A stretch of 64,000 nt of DNA, taken from Deltaproteobacteria bacterium (GTDB lineage: Bacteria > Desulfobacterota > Dissulfuribacteria > Dissulfuribacterales > QOAL01). Positions 60,357-64,000 of the stretch are shown here, in pieces. How positions within the stretch are numbered: the stretch's first letter is position 1; the number at the start of each line of letters is the position of its first letter. The translations under genes were made by a program, and so were the position numbers. The notes beneath the pieces were generated by a model. The model saw only the letters and a program-made list of their open reading frames with translations, did not search any database and had not been told where the DNA came from. The stretch is taken from contig WGBG01000068.1 of the NCBI GenBank assembly GCA_015494395.1, positions 34,079 through 98,078 of the forward strand, given 5' to 3'.

Positions 60357-60564
60357 TCTGAATTGAGCGTTTCAAAAGTTTGAAGAAATGATTTTATACG
60401 ACATTAAAGGGAGTTACATGTATCATACTCTTCAACTTTTGAAACCCTTCGGGATTGCCGTATTTACTGCATCTCCTTTGTCAGAGGAATCCCCATATAG
60501 CCGACTATTATGGGAATTCCTCTTTCGCGGATCTGCAGCAAATCCGACAATAGCTCAATCCAGG
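60357..60564 (+). mobile_element. MITE family 2, copy F (208 bp)
   Basis: TCTGAATTGAGCG...AGCTCAATCCAGG with a perfect 5-bp TSD ATTCA at 60352-60356 and 60565-60569. Confidence 0.92.
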
Positions 60565-60662
60565 ATTCAGTATCTCAGTTTGTTTCACAGCGGATTTATA
60601 TACCATCGTTAACAGTAGCACAGAAGAATTGTGGATTCCAGTGGGGGCGGGAGAAGATGATG

Positions 60663-62351
60663 TTATTTTACGGACAGGAAGTATATGCCGGTATTGTTCT
60701 CAGGGTTTTTGTCATGGTCTGATGACCAGACTTCTATTTCAATCCGGGCCGAGCCTGCGTCTTCAAGTTCCTGCATTGTGAACCAGGTTGAAACGCTGGT
60801 GCTTTCTCCCGGGGCAAGAGAAGCAATGAAATAGCTGCTGGCAGAGCCATTTATGTCAACCGTTACAGTTATGTACCAGGCAGTGAGGGTACCCTGGTTC
60901 TGAACCGTAACTGCAAGCTGTTTGTTGTCACTATGGATGCCTTCTTCTGCATCTTCCCAGAAATACCCAGCAACGGCAAGGTCAGTGTAATCCTGATAGC
61001 GCTCCCTGATTCTCTGAAGGTTTACCAGGCCGATACCAAATTCAGGGTCCTGCCCAGGCTGGCCCGAGTCGTTTGAGTAGTACATTACAAGTCCCACCGC
61101 TTCAGTAGAAGATACAGACTCCTCTGACATTATTCCTGCTATTGCCCCGGTTATCAGGGCTGCGGCAACTGATGTTCCATCTGCCCTTACATACAATCCA
61201 TTTGAAAGCTCTGTTATTACGCCATAGCCCGGCGCGGACAGGTCAATTTCCTGGCCGGTATTTGAAAAAGAGGCATGTTGGCCTGCGGCATCTGTGGCAG
61301 CAACTGCAATAACTCCGGGATAGCGCGCAGGATACGCAGTCTGATTGCTGCCGCTGTTTCCTGCTGCTGCCACAACAGTCACCCCGCTGTCAAGGGCATA
61401 CTGTACAGCACGGCTAACAGCCATGTCATCCCCCATGCTTCCAAGGCTTAAGTTTATAATATCTGCCCCTGACTCCACTGCCGCGATAATTCCCCTGGCA
61501 ATGGTAAATCCATCGCCCTTTGCCTCGGCATCAAGCACCCGTACATCAACAAGCGAGACTTCAGGAGCAATTCCTGGAGTTATTTCGCTCTCACCTGCTA
61601 TAACTGATGCCATGATGCTGCCGTGCGGAGAGAGTTCGATTTGTTCTTCCGGTGAGCTTACAAGATCTATGGATGTAATACGGGAAGGATCAATAAGCAC
61701 GGTTCCGGAGATGCCGGAATCAACAAGGGCAACCGTGACGTCTTTTCCCCAGAGTGCGTCAGGGGTGTTTAAGCCAAGCGCAGATAATGTCCCGGTATTA
61801 ACCGGACTGAGGAATGGGGTTATGGTATCGCCTGATGGGGCAGGGGAGGCAGACGGTGCCTTGAACCAGTGATTTGCCCCGGCTTCAACTGGCCTTGCCC
61901 TGCTTGTAGTCATGATTCTTTCAAGCATTGCCCCATCCCTGCATGCGATCCGTAACATACCCAGGGCATAATTGGTGTCTAAAACAGACACACCATCCAT
62001 GCCCTCAATTTCCCGCATAAACTTGTCCAGTTCAGTGGAGGATGAAAATCTTAACTGCCATTCCCCTTCTATGATGTCCATGGAATTACTGGAAGAAGCA
62101 GGATGCCTGAAAGGAATATGAAGGGAGGGTGATGATTCGTTTTGTCCCTTGTGGCTTGAGGAAGAAGTCTTGATTGAATCGTTATGTGTTGGATAAAAAA
62201 GTTTGAGTTCTGGCAGCGTATGAGAGCTATCTGAAGGGGTTTGCTTTTCGTGTTTGAATTTGTACTTAAAACACACGAAGAGCGAGATTGCAGCAACGCA
62301 TATTGCTGTCATTAAGAGGTGCCTTTTGGGGATTCCTGTAATATTTTTCAT
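60663..62351 (-). CDS. membrane-anchored subtilisin-like serine protease (peptidase S8)
   Basis: 562-aa ORF with an N-terminal TM anchor and the catalytic triad blocks VALVDSGI (Asp), HGSIMASVIAG (His) and GTSVAAALITG (Ser). A C-terminal beta-rich domain follows. Confidence 0.85.
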   Translation of the reverse strand: MKNITGIPKRHLLMTAICVAAISLFVCFKYKFKHEKQTPSDSSHTLPELKLFYPTHNDSIKTSSSSHKGQNESSPSLHIPFRHPASSSNSMDIIEGEWQLRFSSSTELDKFMREIEGMDGVSVLDTNYALGMLRIACRDGAMLERIMTTSRARPVEAGANHWFKAPSASPAPSGDTITPFLSPVNTGTLSALGLNTPDALWGKDVTVALVDSGISGTVLIDPSRITSIDLVSSPEEQIELSPHGSIMASVIAGESEITPGIAPEVSLVDVRVLDAEAKGDGFTIARGIIAAVESGADIINLSLGSMGDDMAVSRAVQYALDSGVTVVAAAGNSGSNQTAYPARYPGVIAVAATDAAGQHASFSNTGQEIDLSAPGYGVITELSNGLYVRADGTSVAAALITGAIAGIMSEESVSSTEAVGLVMYYSNDSGQPGQDPEFGIGLVNLQRIRERYQDYTDLAVAGYFWEDAEEGIHSDNKQLAVTVQNQGTLTAWYITVTVDINGSASSYFIASLAPGESTSVSTWFTMQELEDAGSARIEIEVWSSDHDKNPENNTGIYFLSVK

Positions 62352-62465
62352 CTATTGAGCATAATGCCTGAGTTTATCTGCAAAAAACCTGCAGCCATAG
62401 CCTATGATTCTAATCGGTACATCCGCTGACTTCAGTTAAAAATGCACCCTGAAAATCAACTCGGG

Positions 62466-63635
62466 TTACTTTTCAATGGCAATGCCTTTTGCCCCGTCAT
62501 GTGAGTGCAGAGGGCTGTGTATAGTAATTTTTTTACCGTCTGAAACCCCCTGCTGGTAGCTGTCCATGTAGATTTTGACCTTTGAGGCGGAGTATTTTGA
62601 AAGCCTTGGATAACGCCTTGAAACAAAACGGTTAAGCTCTGCGTCAGAGGCAACCACCAGAGCACTTGTTGTGCCCCTTCCCTGGAGATTTGCAGCCATG
62701 CGTGTATTTCTGTTCTGCTCTTCCATTTTTTTGTAAAATCCCTCAAGCAGTCCGTAATAATAGCTGTTCCTTGCACGCATTCCATTGCCCTTGAATTTCT
62801 TCCTGTTAGCCTTCCACAGCTCCCTGATTTTTCGTTCAAGGAAATGGTAAACAAATTCTGCAATCTCTACATTTTCCCTCTTACCCATGATGTCTATAAC
62901 CTTGTGTTCTGTATCAAGTTCAGGGTCATACATGCAGGAATAAACAATATCCACATAGAAGAAATCCCGAAGTATCTGGGCAATCTTCCTCTGGTGGCGT
63001 TCGATACGTTTCTTCTTGTGATTTATGATTATATTCCCATAACCTTTTCGGTTGTCCTCCCTTGCTATGCGCAGGTTGTATTTGTCCATGAGCTCTGATG
63101 CCTTTGCCATGGCAAGGTTGGCCTCATGCTCATTGGACGACTGTGCAAGCGCAAGGAGTTTTCTGATTTTTTCAGTAAAGCGCCTGGCCTCTCTGGTTTC
63201 CGGGCCTGGATTGTCGACACATTTTATGCCCTCTGGCAAGTCTCCGGAAGCGCTTCGGAATGCAGGATCCAGGCCAATCATGTCACAGGCACGATGAAAT
63301 AACTCCCCGTGACCATCATTCGGGACCTTGAAGATCTGTGAACAGATCTGGTGAGCCATTTCATGTTTCAGCACGTTAAGCACAACGTCCCAGGAAAAGT
63401 TTCTGATAAGGTGTTCACTTATTTCAATGGTGCAATCATGGGGATTCCATGAACCGTACCTGGTTTTTGAACTGGATATGTCAAAACCGGGAGCCAGGAG
63501 TCCAATCCTGTAATTCCAGGTAATGGTATCAAACTCCTGTTTCAGTTGTCTCGCCCACATACGGGACAAGTCGGCTTTGCGATTGTTAAAAGACATGATT
63601 CTTGAAACCCCGTTTTCAGAGTTGCCTGACCACAC
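62466..63635 (-). CDS. SprT-like zinc metalloprotease domain fused to a DUF2786-type domain
   Basis: 389-aa ORF with an HEMAHQ zinc motif in a SprT-like N-terminal half, followed by KIRKLLALAQSSNEHEANLAMAKASELMDKYNL, the DUF2786 signature as I recall it. Confidence 0.65.
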   Translation of the reverse strand: MWSGNSENGVSRIMSFNNRKADLSRMWARQLKQEFDTITWNYRIGLLAPGFDISSSKTRYGSWNPHDCTIEISEHLIRNFSWDVVLNVLKHEMAHQICSQIFKVPNDGHGELFHRACDMIGLDPAFRSASGDLPEGIKCVDNPGPETREARRFTEKIRKLLALAQSSNEHEANLAMAKASELMDKYNLRIAREDNRKGYGNIIINHKKKRIERHQRKIAQILRDFFYVDIVYSCMYDPELDTEHKVIDIMGKRENVEIAEFVYHFLERKIRELWKANRKKFKGNGMRARNSYYYGLLEGFYKKMEEQNRNTRMAANLQGRGTTSALVVASDAELNRFVSRRYPRLSKYSASKVKIYMDSYQQGVSDGKKITIHSPLHSHDGAKGIAIEK

Positions 63636-63656
63636 CCATCGTCATGTATCAGGCAA

Positions 63657-64000
63657 TTATTCCTGTTCGTTAGAAAGCAGATACAGCCTCCTCCATGCTT
63701 TCTCCTTTGGCTTAAGCATCCAGGGTATCCTTATGCCCGCCTGGTCTATTTGCCTCAAGTTTTTCTCCCTTACCAGGATGAATACCCGCCTGTGATTCCG
63801 GGTCAAAAGTTCTTTCAATATATTCAGCGGTATCTGGGCAATTTGGGGCCTGTCAAGATAAAATGCGCACTCTTCATCCCAGAAGTGATAGGTGTAAACA
63901 GGAGAGCTGCCTATAATATGGTCTATCTTTTCACACCATGCCCTCATATCCTTGCAGTAATAGATGAATGGCAGTACTGCTCCTGCTGCAATCATCCAGG
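63657..64000 (-). CDS. 3' part of a gene truncated by the window edge (unknown function, possibly the C-terminal domain of another GT39-like protein)
   Basis: The open frame runs to the window end. The last roughly 110 residues loosely resemble the soluble C-terminus of the 57626..59227 protein. The start lies outside the window. Confidence 0.35.
   Translation of the reverse strand, partial: WMIAAGAVLPFIYYCKDMRAWCEKIDHIIGSSPVYTYHFWDEECAFYLDRPQIAQIPLNILKELLTRNHRRVFILVREKNLRQIDQAGIRIPWMLKPKEKAWRRLYLLSNEQE

Noticed and set aside
2592-60564. Whether the many repeated elements form a CRISPR array.
   Set aside because: The repeat units are 208-237 bp, dispersed over 58 kb in both orientations, with TIRs and target-site duplications. 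There is no regular short repeat-spacer periodicity and there are no cas genes.
57417-60564. Inverted MITE-2 copies E and F bracket the GT39 plus ArnA-C-like gene pair like a composite transposon. A/B bracket purQ-tatC and C/D bracket nusB...cupin in the same way.
   Set aside because: Each element has its own matching 5-bp duplication on both of its sides (ATCAG for E, ATTCA for F). That indicates independent single insertions. A composite would share one duplication at the two outer ends only. The A/B and C/D intervals hold core housekeeping genes.
53300-64000. The right-hand 11 kb as a genomic island or prophage.
   Set aside because: There is no integrase, transposase, phage structural gene or tRNA-adjacent att-like repeat. 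The only tRNA, at 45014-45090, is 8 kb away. The region is merely richer in accessory-type genes and MITEs.

Overview
This window looks like a chromosomal, mostly housekeeping segment of an anaerobic Desulfobacterota-like (deltaproteobacterial) genome. That assignment is an inference from gene content only: a multihaem cytochrome c, a selenocysteine-containing SelD, Acd/EtfBA and IorAB. About 57 CDS and one tRNA-Pro(GGG) are supportable.

Main gene blocks:
- a hybrid sensor kinase
- an archaemetzincin-like membrane protein next to a Kv-type K+ channel
- a tetrahaem cytochrome next to a haem-motif chemoreceptor
- PBP1A and an EHD-like dynamin-family NTPase
- yebC-ruvCAB
- selD, cutA, purQ and tatC
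- yceD-rpmF-plsX-fabH-(acd-etfBA)-fabG-acpP-fabF, then rpiB, glyA, a dCMP deaminase gene and nrdR-ribD-ribE-ribBA-ribH-nusB-leuS-lptE
- rpsT, a DUF62 gene, iorAB, scpB and pyrD
- a more accessory-looking right end with a PLC-like Zn-hydrolase gene plus a Tat-signal partner, a PfkB kinase, a GT39 (ArnT-like) gene plus an ArnA-C-like decarboxylase, an S8 protease and a SprT/DUF2786 protein

The strongest signal not explained by genes is 13 insertions of two non-autonomous MITE families. Seven copies of a 219-237 bp palindromic element carry 8-bp target-site duplications. Six copies of a 208-bp element carry 5-bp duplications. Together they cover about 2.85 kb (4.4 percent) of the window, almost all sit exactly at gene ends, and two of them now supply a gene's stop codon.

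The ORF track also misses the N-terminus of SelD because of an in-frame UGA (Sec) codon followed by a SECIS-like hairpin. I found no CRISPR array, rRNA, transposase, integrase or prophage. Nothing here is an unambiguous, complete novel system. The best candidates for follow-up are the EHD-like NTPase, the acd-etfBA trio sitting in the fabD slot, the PLC-like/Tat pair and the two MITE families.
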